This document shows positions 1-10,147 of a stretch of 64,000 nucleotides of DNA, in pieces. A model generated the notes under the pieces. The model saw nothing but the letters and a program-made list of their open reading frames with translations, searched no databases and had not been told where the DNA came from. The first letter of the stretch is position 1, and the number at the start of each line of letters is the position of its first letter. The translations under genes and the position numbers were made by a program. This stretch comes from Bacilli bacterium (GTDB lineage Bacteria > Bacillota_I > Bacilli_A > RFN20 > CAG-826): positions 224,001 to 288,000 of the forward strand of contig JAZLKX010000025.1 of assembly GCA_045597865.1 (NCBI GenBank), written 5' to 3'.

Positions 1-1814
1 ATTACGATAATTCTCCAGAGATTACTGCAATGTTAGGTTCATCATTATGTGTCTGTATTTCAGACGTTCCATTTAATGGTCCTATTGCAGGTGTCTATGT
101 TGGTAGAGTTGATGGCAAATTCGTTATTAACCCAACAGTAGAACAAAAAGCAAAATCAGATATCGACCTCTGTGTCGCTGGTACCGAAGAAGCTATCAAC
201 ATGGTTGAAGCAGGTGCTAAAGAAGTCTCAGAAGAAGATATGCTCGATGCATTAATGTTTGGTCATGAAGCAGTCAAGAAACTTTGTAAATGGCAAAAGA
301 AGATCATCAAAGCTATTGGCGTTGAAAAGAACAAAAACATTGAATTCAAGGTTATGCCACAAGACTTATATGAAGAAGTCAAGGCAAAAGCCGACAAAGA
401 TTTACGTAAAGCTGTCTCAACAAAAGACAAACTCGAAAGAGAAGCAAATATTGAAAAAGTTGAAAAGGCTATTGAAGAAGAATACGCTGCAAATGGTGCA
501 GATGCAAAGACAGTTCAACAAGTCCACAACATTCAAGAAGATCTCGTCCACAAAGAAGTTAGAAGACTTATTATCGAAGATAAAGTCAGACCAGATGGAC
601 GTAAGACCGACGAAGTTCGTCCACTCGATGCTCAAGTTGACCTTTTAGGTCGTAGAGTCCATGGTTCCGCCATGTTTACACGTGGACAAACACAAGTTAT
701 CTCAGCTACAACTTTAGGTCCTTTAAGTGACAAACAAGTTTTAGATGATTTAACAGCAGAAACTGAAAAACGTTTCATTCATCACTATAACTTCCCACAA
801 TGGTGTGTTGGTGGCACAGGAAAAATCGGTGTCTTAGCACGTCGTGAAGTTGGACACGGTGCCCTTGTTGAAAGAGCATTAGCCCAAGTTATCCCATCAG
901 AAGAAGAATTCCCATACACAATTCGTACAGTTGCTGAAGTTGTCGAATCAAACGGTTCCTCATCACAAGCATCAATCTGTGCAGGTTGTATGTCACTTAT
1001 GGCAGCCGGTGTTCCAATTAAAGGAATGGTTTCCGGTATCGCTATGGGTCTTATCTCAGATGGCGACTTAAGAAAGAATCCATACACAATCCTTACAGAT
1101 ATTCAAGGTCTTGAAGATCACTTCGGTGATATGGACTTCAAAGTTGCAGGTACTGCAAAAGGTATTACCGCACTTCAAATGGATATCAAAATCGATGGTG
1201 TTACAAGAGAAGTTTTAGCTGAAGCATTAGAACAAGCTGGCAAAGCACGTGCTCAAATTCGTGAAGCAATGGCTAAAGCCATTTCTGAACCAAGAGCAGA
1301 TGTTGCAGAATTTGCTCCAAAACTTGATAAGATGCAAATCGAAGTCGATAAGATCAGAGAAGTTATCGGTACTGGCGGTAAAGTCATTAATGACATCATC
1401 GCACAATGTGATAACGTCCAAATCGATATCGATGATGATGGACATGTCGTTATTTACCATATGAATCGTGAAATGATCAACAAAGCAAAAGCAATGATTG
1501 AAAATATCGTTCGTGAAGCAAAAGTTGGTGAAGTTTACGAAGGCGAAGTCACTAGAGTCGAAGACTATGGTGCTTTCGTTAAACTCTTTGGTAATTGCGA
1601 AGGCTTATGCCATGTTTCAAGACTTGACTGGGGCTATGTTGAAAAAGCAAGCGACAAAGTCAAAGTTGGCGATGTCTTAAAAGTCCGTGTTTGTGAAATT
1701 GATGATCACGGCAAAGTCAAAGTTTCTCATAGAGAATTCTTAGAGAAACCAGCTGGATATGTTGAAAAACCAGCAGTTGAAAAGAAACCTTTCAAAAAAG
1801 GTCATAGAAAATAA
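1..1814 (+). CDS. pnp: Polyribonucleotide nucleotidyltransferase (5'-partial; frame is open from the window start)
   Basis: RNase PH motifs (HGSAMFTRGQTQ, RREVGHGAL, ESNGSSS, GDMDFKVAG), then KH (IREVIGTGGKVI) and S1 domains; the frame continues upstream of the Met at 30 (YDNSPEITAM). Confidence 0.97.
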   Translation, partial: YDNSPEITAMLGSSLCVCISDVPFNGPIAGVYVGRVDGKFVINPTVEQKAKSDIDLCVAGTEEAINMVEAGAKEVSEEDMLDALMFGHEAVKKLCKWQKKIIKAIGVEKNKNIEFKVMPQDLYEEVKAKADKDLRKAVSTKDKLEREANIEKVEKAIEEEYAANGADAKTVQQVHNIQEDLVHKEVRRLIIEDKVRPDGRKTDEVRPLDAQVDLLGRRVHGSAMFTRGQTQVISATTLGPLSDKQVLDDLTAETEKRFIHHYNFPQWCVGGTGKIGVLARREVGHGALVERALAQVIPSEEEFPYTIRTVAEVVESNGSSSQASICAGCMSLMAAGVPIKGMVSGIAMGLISDGDLRKNPYTILTDIQGLEDHFGDMDFKVAGTAKGITALQMDIKIDGVTREVLAEALEQAGKARAQIREAMAKAISEPRADVAEFAPKLDKMQIEVDKIREVIGTGGKVINDIIAQCDNVQIDIDDDGHVVIYHMNREMINKAKAMIENIVREAKVGEVYEGEVTRVEDYGAFVKLFGNCEGLCHVSRLDWGYVEKASDKVKVGDVLKVRVCEIDDHGKVKVSHREFLEKPAGYVEKPAVEKKPFKKGHRK

Positions 1815-1824
1815 TTAACAAACT

Positions 1825-3267
1825 ATGTTTGATGTTACTGTAATTGGGGCTGGAATCGTTGGCTCGCTTATAGCGCGCAAACTTTCAAGCTACCAATTAT
1901 CAGTGGCAGTTATTGAAAAAGAACCAGACGTTGGTAACGTTACAACCATGGCTAATAGTGCCATTGTTCACTCAGGCTATGACCCTGTTCCTGGAACACT
2001 TAAGGCTCAACTTAATGTTTTAGGAAACAAAATGATGGATCAAGTCTGTGATGAGCTAGACGTTGAAATGAAACGCATTGGTTCTTTAACTGTTGCTCTT
2101 TTTGATGAACAACTTCCTCTATTAGAGGACCTTGCTAAAAGAAGTGCACAAAACGGTGTTCCTGTTCAAATCTTGAACGCCGAAGAAACTTTAAAACTCG
2201 AACCTAATTTATCAAAAGAAGTGAAGGGTTCACTTTTTGCTCCTACTGCGGGCATAGTGAATCCTTTCACTTTATCGGTTCATGCTATCGAAAACGCCGT
2301 TGATAATGGAGCAAAACTCTTCTTAGAAGAGAAAGTTGTTCTTATTAATAAAAACGACGATTTCTATAACATTATTTGTGAGTCTGGAAATACTTACCAA
2401 TCAAAGATTATCATCAATGCTGCAGGTATTTATTCAGACGAAATCCATAAAATGGTGGAGCCAATTGATTACTTCCTCACCCCAAGAAAAGGCGAGTACT
2501 TTATTTTGGATCACTATTGTGACGATTTAGTCAAACATACAATCTTCCCTCTTCCAAGTGAAAAGGGCAAAGGAATTCTTGTTACTCCATCCATTGGCGG
2601 AACTTTCCTTGTTGGTCCTTCAGCAGAAGCAATGGCATCTAAAGATGATGTTTCTACTGATAAGTTCACATTAGACGAAATAAAACGTCAAGCATTAATG
2701 CTTGTTCCATCAATTCCATTTAACCAAGTCATTAGAACTTTTGCTGGTAGTAGACCAACTCCAAATACTCATGACTTTATCATTAGATACGCTAAATGTG
2801 ACAATCACTTTATAACACTTTCTGGAATCGAATCTCCAGGTCTTGCTTCATCTCCTGCTATAGCAGAATATGTAGTGAACGAATTTGTCTCAAGAGTTAT
2901 TAAACTAGTTCCAAAAGAAAACTTTAATCCTAGAGTTAAACGTAGACCACATCTTAAAGAGATGTCAATTGAAGAAAGAAACAAATTTATTGCTGAAAAT
3001 CCAGACTATGGAAAGATTATTTGTAACTGTGAGAAAGTTTTACTTGGTGAGATTTTATTCGAGATGAATACTTCCGTGCCTCCAAAGACCATTAAAGCAG
3101 TTAAAAAACGTACTCGTGCTGGTTTTGGAAAGTGCCAAGGAGGATTCTGCCAACCATTAGTGACTAAGATTATCTCTGAGAAGTTTAATATTCCACTTAA
3201 CGAAGTTATGTTCCAAAAACGTGGATCTTTTGTTGTTAGATACGACATCAAAGGAGAAAAGAAATGA
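1825..3267 (+). CDS. FAD-dependent oxidoreductase, GlpA/LhgO-like, with C-terminal BFD-like [2Fe-2S] domain
   Basis: GAGIVG FAD motif, TTMANSAIVHSG, GIESPGLASSPA, and C-terminal ICNCE...RAGFGKCQGGFC. Confidence 0.88.
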   Translation: MFDVTVIGAGIVGSLIARKLSSYQLSVAVIEKEPDVGNVTTMANSAIVHSGYDPVPGTLKAQLNVLGNKMMDQVCDELDVEMKRIGSLTVALFDEQLPLLEDLAKRSAQNGVPVQILNAEETLKLEPNLSKEVKGSLFAPTAGIVNPFTLSVHAIENAVDNGAKLFLEEKVVLINKNDDFYNIICESGNTYQSKIIINAAGIYSDEIHKMVEPIDYFLTPRKGEYFILDHYCDDLVKHTIFPLPSEKGKGILVTPSIGGTFLVGPSAEAMASKDDVSTDKFTLDEIKRQALMLVPSIPFNQVIRTFAGSRPTPNTHDFIIRYAKCDNHFITLSGIESPGLASSPAIAEYVVNEFVSRVIKLVPKENFNPRVKRRPHLKEMSIEERNKFIAENPDYGKIICNCEKVLLGEILFEMNTSVPPKTIKAVKKRTRAGFGKCQGGFCQPLVTKIISEKFNIPLNEVMFQKRGSFVVRYDIKGEKK

Positions 3268-4520
3268 TTAACCGCAAGTTAGTTATTATTGGTGGTGGCT
3301 CAGCTGGTATGGCTGCAGCTATTAAAGCATACGAACTCGGTGAGAGAGATATTTTAATTATTGAGAAAAATGCTTATCTTGGTGGAATCTTAAATCAATG
3401 TATTCATAATGGCTTTGGACTTCATGAGTTTAAAGAAGAACTTACTGGTCCAGAGTTTATGACTAGATTTTCTAAAAAGGTCGATGAACTCGGAATTTCT
3501 TACGCATTAGAGTCCAATGTTTTAAGTATAAGTGACGACAAAGTCGTAACTTATTCAAACGCTAAAGATGGACTTGTTGAAGTTAAAGCAGAAGCTATTA
3601 TTCTTACAACAGGATGTTATGAAAGAAATGCTGGTGCTATCCAAATTCCAGGCGATAGACCATCAGGTATTTATACAGCAGGACAAGCTCAGTTGTTCGC
3701 TAACTGCTATGGTTATTTAGTTGGTAAACGTGTCTTTATCTTAGGTAGTGGAGACATTGGTTTAATTATGGCTCGTAGAATGACACTTGAAGGCGCTAAA
3801 GTCTTAGGTGTTGCAGAGCTTATGCCTTACTCAGCAGGTCTTAATAGAAACATTGTTCAATGTCTTAAAGACTATGACATTCCACTTTACTTAAGTCACA
3901 CTGTTAAGAAAGTTATTGGTGAATCTCACCTTGAAAAGGTGGTAATCGCTAAAGTTGATGAAAAAATGAACTTTATTGAGGGAACTGAACAAATCTTTAA
4001 CTGCGATTGTTTACTTCTTTCAGTAGGCCTTTTACCAAACGTTGATTTATTTAATAAATTACCTTTGAGTATGTCAAAAACTAGAGGTGCTAAAGTTAAC
4101 CAAGCAATGGAAACTGAAATCCCAGGTATTTTCTCTGCAGGTAACGTGCTTCATGTTCACGATCTTGTTGATTATGTTGTAGAAGAAGCTAGAGAAGCTG
4201 CGGTGGGCGCAATAAGTTACTTAAATGGTGAACTTAAGCACGAAGGCCATGTTTACGATGTAAATCCGGGCGTTGGAATCAACTATGTTGTTCCTCAAAA
4301 AGTTTTCCTTGATGATGTTAAAGATACACTTTCTTTCAAGTTTAGAGTCGCTAAACCAATGAAAGATATTAATATTCTTATTACCGAAGGTAATAATATC
4401 ATCAAGAAAATCTTTAAACCTGCAATAGTTCCATCAGAAATGGAAATAGTGCATGTATCTAAAGATCTCTTTAAAAGAGAATCTAATGAAATTAAAGTTT
4501 ACGTGGAGGAGAAAAAATAA
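3264..4520 (+). CDS. NAD(P)/FAD-dependent pyridine nucleotide-disulfide oxidoreductase
   Basis: GGGSAG, GGILNQCIHNGFG, GSGDIGLIMARRMTLEG, GNVLHVHDLVD; ATGA overlap with the upstream gene. Confidence 0.88.
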   Translation: MINRKLVIIGGGSAGMAAAIKAYELGERDILIIEKNAYLGGILNQCIHNGFGLHEFKEELTGPEFMTRFSKKVDELGISYALESNVLSISDDKVVTYSNAKDGLVEVKAEAIILTTGCYERNAGAIQIPGDRPSGIYTAGQAQLFANCYGYLVGKRVFILGSGDIGLIMARRMTLEGAKVLGVAELMPYSAGLNRNIVQCLKDYDIPLYLSHTVKKVIGESHLEKVVIAKVDEKMNFIEGTEQIFNCDCLLLSVGLLPNVDLFNKLPLSMSKTRGAKVNQAMETEIPGIFSAGNVLHVHDLVDYVVEEAREAAVGAISYLNGELKHEGHVYDVNPGVGINYVVPQKVFLDDVKDTLSFKFRVAKPMKDINILITEGNNIIKKIFKPAIVPSEMEIVHVSKDLFKRESNEIKVYVEEKK

Positions 4521-4864
4521 TGAAAGAACTTATTTGTATTACTTGTCCACGTGGTTGTCACTTAAAAGTGGACGACAATTTGAATGTAACAGGAAACACA
4601 TGTCCTAGAGGAGAAGCATACGCTAAAGCTGAGCTTACTCATCCAGTTAGAATGGTAACTTCAACTGTTGCGATTGCATCAGTAGTTGAATCAAGACTTC
4701 CTGTTAAGACTAAAGAGCCAGTTCCTAAGGAACTTATCTTCCCAGTTATGGAAGAAATTAGAAAAACTGTAGTTAAAGCACCTATTAATATAGGTGATGT
4801 TGTTATAGAAAACGTTTGTAACTCAGGAGTAGACGTTATTGCAACAAAAGATATAGCAAAGTAA
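4520..4864 (+). CDS. DUF1667 family small Cys protein (third member of the oxidoreductase triad)
   Basis: CITCPRGC...GNTCPRG motif; typical position after the two oxidoreductases. Confidence 0.85.
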   Translation: MKELICITCPRGCHLKVDDNLNVTGNTCPRGEAYAKAELTHPVRMVTSTVAIASVVESRLPVKTKEPVPKELIFPVMEEIRKTVVKAPINIGDVVIENVCNSGVDVIATKDIAK

Positions 4865-4876
4865 AGGTAGTTAAAT

Positions 4877-6550
4877 ATGGACAAGATTAGAATTATTACT
4901 CTTGGCGGACTTGACGAACTTTATAAAAACATGACTCTCGTTGAAGTAAACGACGAGATTTATGTTATAGAGTGTGGTGTCAAGTTCCCAGACAAGACAA
5001 AACCAGGTATTGATTATATCATTCCTCGTTTTGATTATTTGCTTGCAAATAAAGCAAAAGTTAAAGGCTATTTTTTAACACATGGTCATGACTCAATTAT
5101 TGGAGCTTTACCATACATTTATGAGAAAGTTCCAGCACCTATTTATTGTACAAATACTACCAAAACATTTTTCTGTTCTTTCTGTATCCATAATCATATT
5201 GATTACAATAAATTTCCTTTTGTTATAGTAAAACCATCCGATGACGTTAGAATCGGAAATAGAGTTATTAAACTTTTCTCTACTTGTTGTAACTTCGCTG
5301 AATCATTTGGCGTATCTATTTCAACAGATCAAGGAAATATTATTTATTTAAGCAATTTTGTTATTAACAACGACAATGCTCCAGGATTTGTTAATGATTT
5401 TGCAAAATTAGGCAAAATTTGCGAAGAAAAAACACTAGCTTTACTTATGGATGCATCAGCATCAGAACATGCCGGTTATTGCGCTCCAAATTATCGTTTA
5501 CTTTCGCTTATTAAAAAAGAGCTCATGGACATCAAAGGCAGAGTCTTTTTGGCTATTGATACTCCAGACCTCTTCAATATAATTGAAGTTCTTAACAAAG
5601 CCGTTAAATACACAGGTAGAAAAATCATTGCATATGATGAGTCTTCTAGAGAACTTATTGAGAACTTAATTAAAGGTGGTTATTTAACCTTTGATAGAAA
5701 ATCTTTAGCACTTGTAGAAGACGTTAATAGACTTCCTCCAAATGAAGTTTTAGTTTTCTTAACTGGATTTGGCGCAAAACTTAACTCAAAAATCGCATTA
5801 CTTGCAGCCAGAAACAATGATGAAAAAATTATTTTCTTGAACGAAAAAGATACATTTATTTTCGCAAACCACATCACTCCAGAAAATGAAATTTCTACAA
5901 CCGATGCATTAGATGAACTTTATCACAATGATTGTAAAATCGTTCGTATTGGTAAAAACTTCGTTAGAATGCATGCCCAAGAAGAAGATATTAAGCAAAT
6001 TGTCTCGCTTATTAGACCAAGATATTTCATTCCAATCTCAGGATCATTCAAAGAACTTCTTGCAGCGGCAAAACTTGCAGTTAGCATGAATGTTGGTTTA
6101 AATCACAACTCTATTTTCGTTGTAGATAATGGAAACATTATTGAATTTGAAGCTGGATTTGGCAAGATTAGCAATAACAAAGTTATTGCAGGCGATTTAT
6201 TAATTGATGGCAAAGGCGTTGGTGACATTCAAAATGAAGTCATTGAAGAAAGACAAAAATTCTCTGATGATGGAGTCATTATCTTAGCTGCCACAATTAG
6301 TAAATCAAATCACAAAATTGCAGCAGGACCAGACGTTCAATCCAGAGGATTAGTTTTCCTTAAAGATAACGAATCATTAATGAGAGAAATTACTCGTTTG
6401 TTTGTTACCACAATCGAAATGGAACTTGCAAAAGAGAATTATTCTATTTCTTATATGGAAGAAGCAACTAAAGATATAATCTTTAAGGCAATTCGTAGGG
6501 CACTTAATAAAACTCCTATTATCATCCCAATTTTTGCTGAAATAGAATAG
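4877..6550 (+). CDS. rnj: Ribonuclease J family protein (J2-like, degenerate metal-binding motifs)
   Basis: LGGLDELYKNM, THGHDSIIG, RPRYFIPISG and DGKGVGDI...DDGV motifs; conventional position upstream of ftsK. Confidence 0.88.
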   Translation: MDKIRIITLGGLDELYKNMTLVEVNDEIYVIECGVKFPDKTKPGIDYIIPRFDYLLANKAKVKGYFLTHGHDSIIGALPYIYEKVPAPIYCTNTTKTFFCSFCIHNHIDYNKFPFVIVKPSDDVRIGNRVIKLFSTCCNFAESFGVSISTDQGNIIYLSNFVINNDNAPGFVNDFAKLGKICEEKTLALLMDASASEHAGYCAPNYRLLSLIKKELMDIKGRVFLAIDTPDLFNIIEVLNKAVKYTGRKIIAYDESSRELIENLIKGGYLTFDRKSLALVEDVNRLPPNEVLVFLTGFGAKLNSKIALLAARNNDEKIIFLNEKDTFIFANHITPENEISTTDALDELYHNDCKIVRIGKNFVRMHAQEEDIKQIVSLIRPRYFIPISGSFKELLAAAKLAVSMNVGLNHNSIFVVDNGNIIEFEAGFGKISNNKVIAGDLLIDGKGVGDIQNEVIEERQKFSDDGVIILAATISKSNHKIAAGPDVQSRGLVFLKDNESLMREITRLFVTTIEMELAKENYSISYMEEATKDIIFKAIRRALNKTPIIIPIFAEIE

Positions 6551-6551
6551 T

Positions 6552-6574
6552 AAGCAATTTATTGCTTTATTTTT
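6552..6574 (+). terminator. Probable intrinsic terminator after rnj
   Basis: AAGCAAT/ATTGCTT inverted repeat followed by a T-rich run. Confidence 0.45.
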
Positions 6575-6604
6575 ATTTAAAATTAATTTATAATTAATAT
6601 ACAT

Positions 6605-9304
6605 ATGGACGAGAAAAAACACATTACTAAAAATTCAATATCAATTATCGGAGGCATCTGCTTCATTCTTTTAGCACTTGTTACAATGCTTTCTAATGGA
6701 ACACCTTTCGCTTTCCTTTCAATAGCAATTACAACAGTTTTAGGATTTGTTGGCTTCTGGATTTTAATGCCATTTTTGATCGTCTTAGGTCTATTCTTAA
6801 TTTTTAAAAAGAAACTCATCAAGTTTAAACTTGGCATGTCTTTATGGGGTGCTTTTGTAATTATTGTTTGTTTTGTTATTTTATCTAGCCATTGGGGTTC
6901 AATCGGCGTTGAATATGGTGGAGTAGTTTTTGATGGCTATTCTTCATATGATGGCGGAACCGGAACAATCTATAGATATTTAACTTTTTCATCTGCTATT
7001 CCATCATTACAAAGTGTCAGAGAAGCCAATTCTTCGCCATTCAATCCTCAATTAGGTGGTGGATATATTGGATATATTTTGGCAGGTTCAATGAATAGTG
7101 CCTTAACACCTGTTGGTTTAAATGTTATTTGTTGGATTTTCTTTATTGGCGGTTTAGTAATGCTACTTAATCACCAAATTAAAGCATTAGTTGTTCTTCT
7201 AAAGAAGAAAATATCCGAAAAGAAGGCCAAAAAGTCTACTTCTGAATATGAAGAGATTTCTTCCGAAAGTAACGAGGAAGAGGAACCAGTTATTGCTCCA
7301 ATTGTCGAGCAACCAAGTGTTTCTAATCCTGAAATCAGCATGCCTAAAGAAGATAAACCTGCTCCTAAAGTATTCCCTGAAGGCTTTCCAAATGCTAGAA
7401 CTCTTGATACAGGACTTAAAAAAGCAGTATTTACAATGTCAGATGAAACAGTCATTGAAGATTCAATGGTTAGAAAGTTAGATGAAACTCCTGTTCGTGA
7501 AGAAGTTCCTTCACCTTCAATTAGCCAAGCTAGATTTGGAGATTTAACTCCTGAAGCGGAAGTAGCAGAAGAAGTTCCTGTATTTGAAGAAGTAACTGAA
7601 ACTCCTGCGCCTACTAGTGAACCAGAAGTTTTTGCTGAAGAAACTTATCCAGAAGAAATTATTGAAGAAAAACCAAATTTTGTTGAGGAATTAGAAGAAG
7701 TTCAACGAGTTGAACAAGGTCCAGTAGTAGAATCACAAGCAGAAATGCTTCTAAGACCTCAACCAAAAGCAAATCTTGCTAAAGACTACATTTATCCACC
7801 TCTTGATCTTTTAGACATTCATGAGGCTGCTGATGATGTAAATAAAAATGAAGAATCATGTGCTGAAAGAACAGCACTTATAAATCAAGTTTTCGAACAA
7901 TTTAAAGTTGGTGCTGAAATTGTTTCACATACAGTTGGCCCATCAGTTACACGTTACGACATTATGCTTAGACCTGGTGTATCTGTTAACCTTGTTAGAA
8001 AATATGTCGAAGACATATCTATTCGTTTAGGCGGTATACCAGTTCGTTTTGAAGCTATTGTTTCAGGTAAATCTACATCTGGTATTGAAATTCCAAACGA
8101 GATTAGAACTAATGTTGGTTTAAGAGAATCAATTGCTGCTTTGCCGACTGGTCCTAAATATTTGTTAAACATTCCATTTGGAAAAGGCATCGGTGGAGAT
8201 TTAAGACACGCTTCTTTAGGTGACTTCCCACATATGTTAGTATCAGGAACCACAGGTTCAGGTAAATCAATTGCTGTTCACTCAACAATTCTTACTTTGC
8301 TTATGAGAAATAAGCCTGAAGAATTAAAAATTATTTTAGTTGATCCAAAGAAAGTTGAAATGAGCTTCTATGAAGACATTCCACATTTACTTTGTCCAAT
8401 TATTACAGATATGAGAAAAACTTATAACTGTTTAAAGAAACTTGTTGACGAAATGGAACGCCGTTATAACCTTTTCCAAGCTCACAAACTTAGAGACATT
8501 AAAGGCTTTAATGCTTGGGCAAACGCTAATGATGTGCAACCACTTCCTTATATCGCTGTTTTCGTTGATGAATACGCCGATTTAGTTGAACAAGTTAAAG
8601 AAGTACACGAACCAATTCAAAGACTCGTTCAAAAAGCTCGTGCAGCAGGTATTCATATCTGTATTGCTACGCAAAGACCATCAGTTAACGTTATTGATGG
8701 CGTTATTAAATCAAACTTTACAACTCGTCTTGCTCTTCTTTCAGCATCTGCAACTGATTCCCAAACAATTATTGGTGAAGGTGGTGCAGAAAAGCTCCTT
8801 GGACATGGCGATATGTTAATTGATAGTCCTCTTATTTCAGTCTCAACAAAACCTCGTGTGCAAGGCTGTTTTGTTAGCGAAAATGAAGTCAATAGAGTTT
8901 GTGATTTCTTAAGAGAACATTATTCAACACAATATGATCCATATTTCCTTGATCTAGAAGATCATGAACAAGAATTTTCTAAAGGCTCATCAAATGAACC
9001 TCCAGTAGAGGCAATTGATAAAAATGCTTCTGAGGAAGCTCAATACCAAGACATTAAAGATCAAGTAATGCATCGTGAATATTGTTCAATTTCATTCATT
9101 CAACGTTCATTTGCAATGGGATTCCCACGTGCTGGTAGAATCTTTGCTAGACTACAAAAAGAAGGTGTTGTTGCTTTTGAAGGTGATTCAAGAGGAAACA
9201 AAGTTTTAGCTCACGCTCCGATTGGTGAAGAACAAATTGGAACAATTGAACAATCTACATTTATTCCAGATGATCCAAGTGGTGGGGAAGGACAAAATTT
9301 TTAA
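6605..9304 (+). CDS. ftsK: DNA translocase FtsK/SpoIIIE
   Basis: N-terminal TM segments, acidic linker, PHMLVSGTTGSGKS Walker A, VDEYADL, ATQRPS, GAEKLLGHGDML and C-terminal gamma domain. Confidence 0.95.
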   Translation: MDEKKHITKNSISIIGGICFILLALVTMLSNGTPFAFLSIAITTVLGFVGFWILMPFLIVLGLFLIFKKKLIKFKLGMSLWGAFVIIVCFVILSSHWGSIGVEYGGVVFDGYSSYDGGTGTIYRYLTFSSAIPSLQSVREANSSPFNPQLGGGYIGYILAGSMNSALTPVGLNVICWIFFIGGLVMLLNHQIKALVVLLKKKISEKKAKKSTSEYEEISSESNEEEEPVIAPIVEQPSVSNPEISMPKEDKPAPKVFPEGFPNARTLDTGLKKAVFTMSDETVIEDSMVRKLDETPVREEVPSPSISQARFGDLTPEAEVAEEVPVFEEVTETPAPTSEPEVFAEETYPEEIIEEKPNFVEELEEVQRVEQGPVVESQAEMLLRPQPKANLAKDYIYPPLDLLDIHEAADDVNKNEESCAERTALINQVFEQFKVGAEIVSHTVGPSVTRYDIMLRPGVSVNLVRKYVEDISIRLGGIPVRFEAIVSGKSTSGIEIPNEIRTNVGLRESIAALPTGPKYLLNIPFGKGIGGDLRHASLGDFPHMLVSGTTGSGKSIAVHSTILTLLMRNKPEELKIILVDPKKVEMSFYEDIPHLLCPIITDMRKTYNCLKKLVDEMERRYNLFQAHKLRDIKGFNAWANANDVQPLPYIAVFVDEYADLVEQVKEVHEPIQRLVQKARAAGIHICIATQRPSVNVIDGVIKSNFTTRLALLSASATDSQTIIGEGGAEKLLGHGDMLIDSPLISVSTKPRVQGCFVSENEVNRVCDFLREHYSTQYDPYFLDLEDHEQEFSKGSSNEPPVEAIDKNASEEAQYQDIKDQVMHREYCSISFIQRSFAMGFPRAGRIFARLQKEGVVAFEGDSRGNKVLAHAPIGEEQIGTIEQSTFIPDDPSGGEGQNF

Positions 9305-9325
9305 CTCTGTTAAGGCAATAAAAAT

Positions 9326-10147
9326 ATGAAAATTTTGCAGTATATTAAAGTCATATTAATTTGTGGTTTACCAATCGTGTTTTACCACCTTTTCTATATG
9401 ATTAGATATGCAAAGCATCCAGAAAAATATCCATTTGAAAAGCGCTATAAAGTAGCTAGAAAAGAAATTCGAATGGTTTTCAAACATTTTCATGTTGATT
9501 ACAAACTTGAGAATTTTGAAATGTTTACCAAATTAGATAAGAAATGCTTAATCATTTCTAACCATTATTCTTTATTTGATCCATTAGCTTTAATTGCTGC
9601 AAGCGATAAACCACTAACATTTGTTTGTAAAAAAGAAGTTTTTAAAATGCCATTTGTTGGAAAAGTTGCTAAAGCAATTGATTGTTTTGCACTAGATAGA
9701 GAAAACTTAATGAGTCAATTGAGTCAAATTAGAAACATAGTTTCTTATTTAAAAGACGAATCAAAACCTTCTGTTTTAGTATTCATTGAAGGTACTAGAA
9801 ATAAAGATCCAGGAACTCCATGTTTGGATTTCCATCCAGGAACACTAAAAATAGCCCAAATGGCGAACGTTCCGCTCCTTTGTGGGTCAACATTCGGCTC
9901 CTTTAGAATTCTCGATAAAAAGAGCCATATTAAAAAATACCCACATTTCTTCACTTTATTTAGAAAACTTGAAGTTGAAGAAGTTAAATCCTATAACACA
10001 ACTGAACTTGCTCCAATTTTGCAAAAAGAGACTGATGAAACCACCAATCTCTTGAGAATTAAGGATAAGGAATATTTATCTAATTTTAAAATGTCTGACA
10101 AAAAGAGAAATTTAGAAACTCGTTTTGATATCAGCGTTAATTCTTAA
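9326..10147 (+). CDS. plsC: 1-acyl-sn-glycerol-3-phosphate acyltransferase
   Basis: SNHYSLFD (HX4D) and FIEGTR motifs. Confidence 0.85.
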   Translation: MKILQYIKVILICGLPIVFYHLFYMIRYAKHPEKYPFEKRYKVARKEIRMVFKHFHVDYKLENFEMFTKLDKKCLIISNHYSLFDPLALIAASDKPLTFVCKKEVFKMPFVGKVAKAIDCFALDRENLMSQLSQIRNIVSYLKDESKPSVLVFIEGTRNKDPGTPCLDFHPGTLKIAQMANVPLLCGSTFGSFRILDKKSHIKKYPHFFTLFRKLEVEEVKSYNTTELAPILQKETDETTNLLRIKDKEYLSNFKMSDKKRNLETRFDISVNS

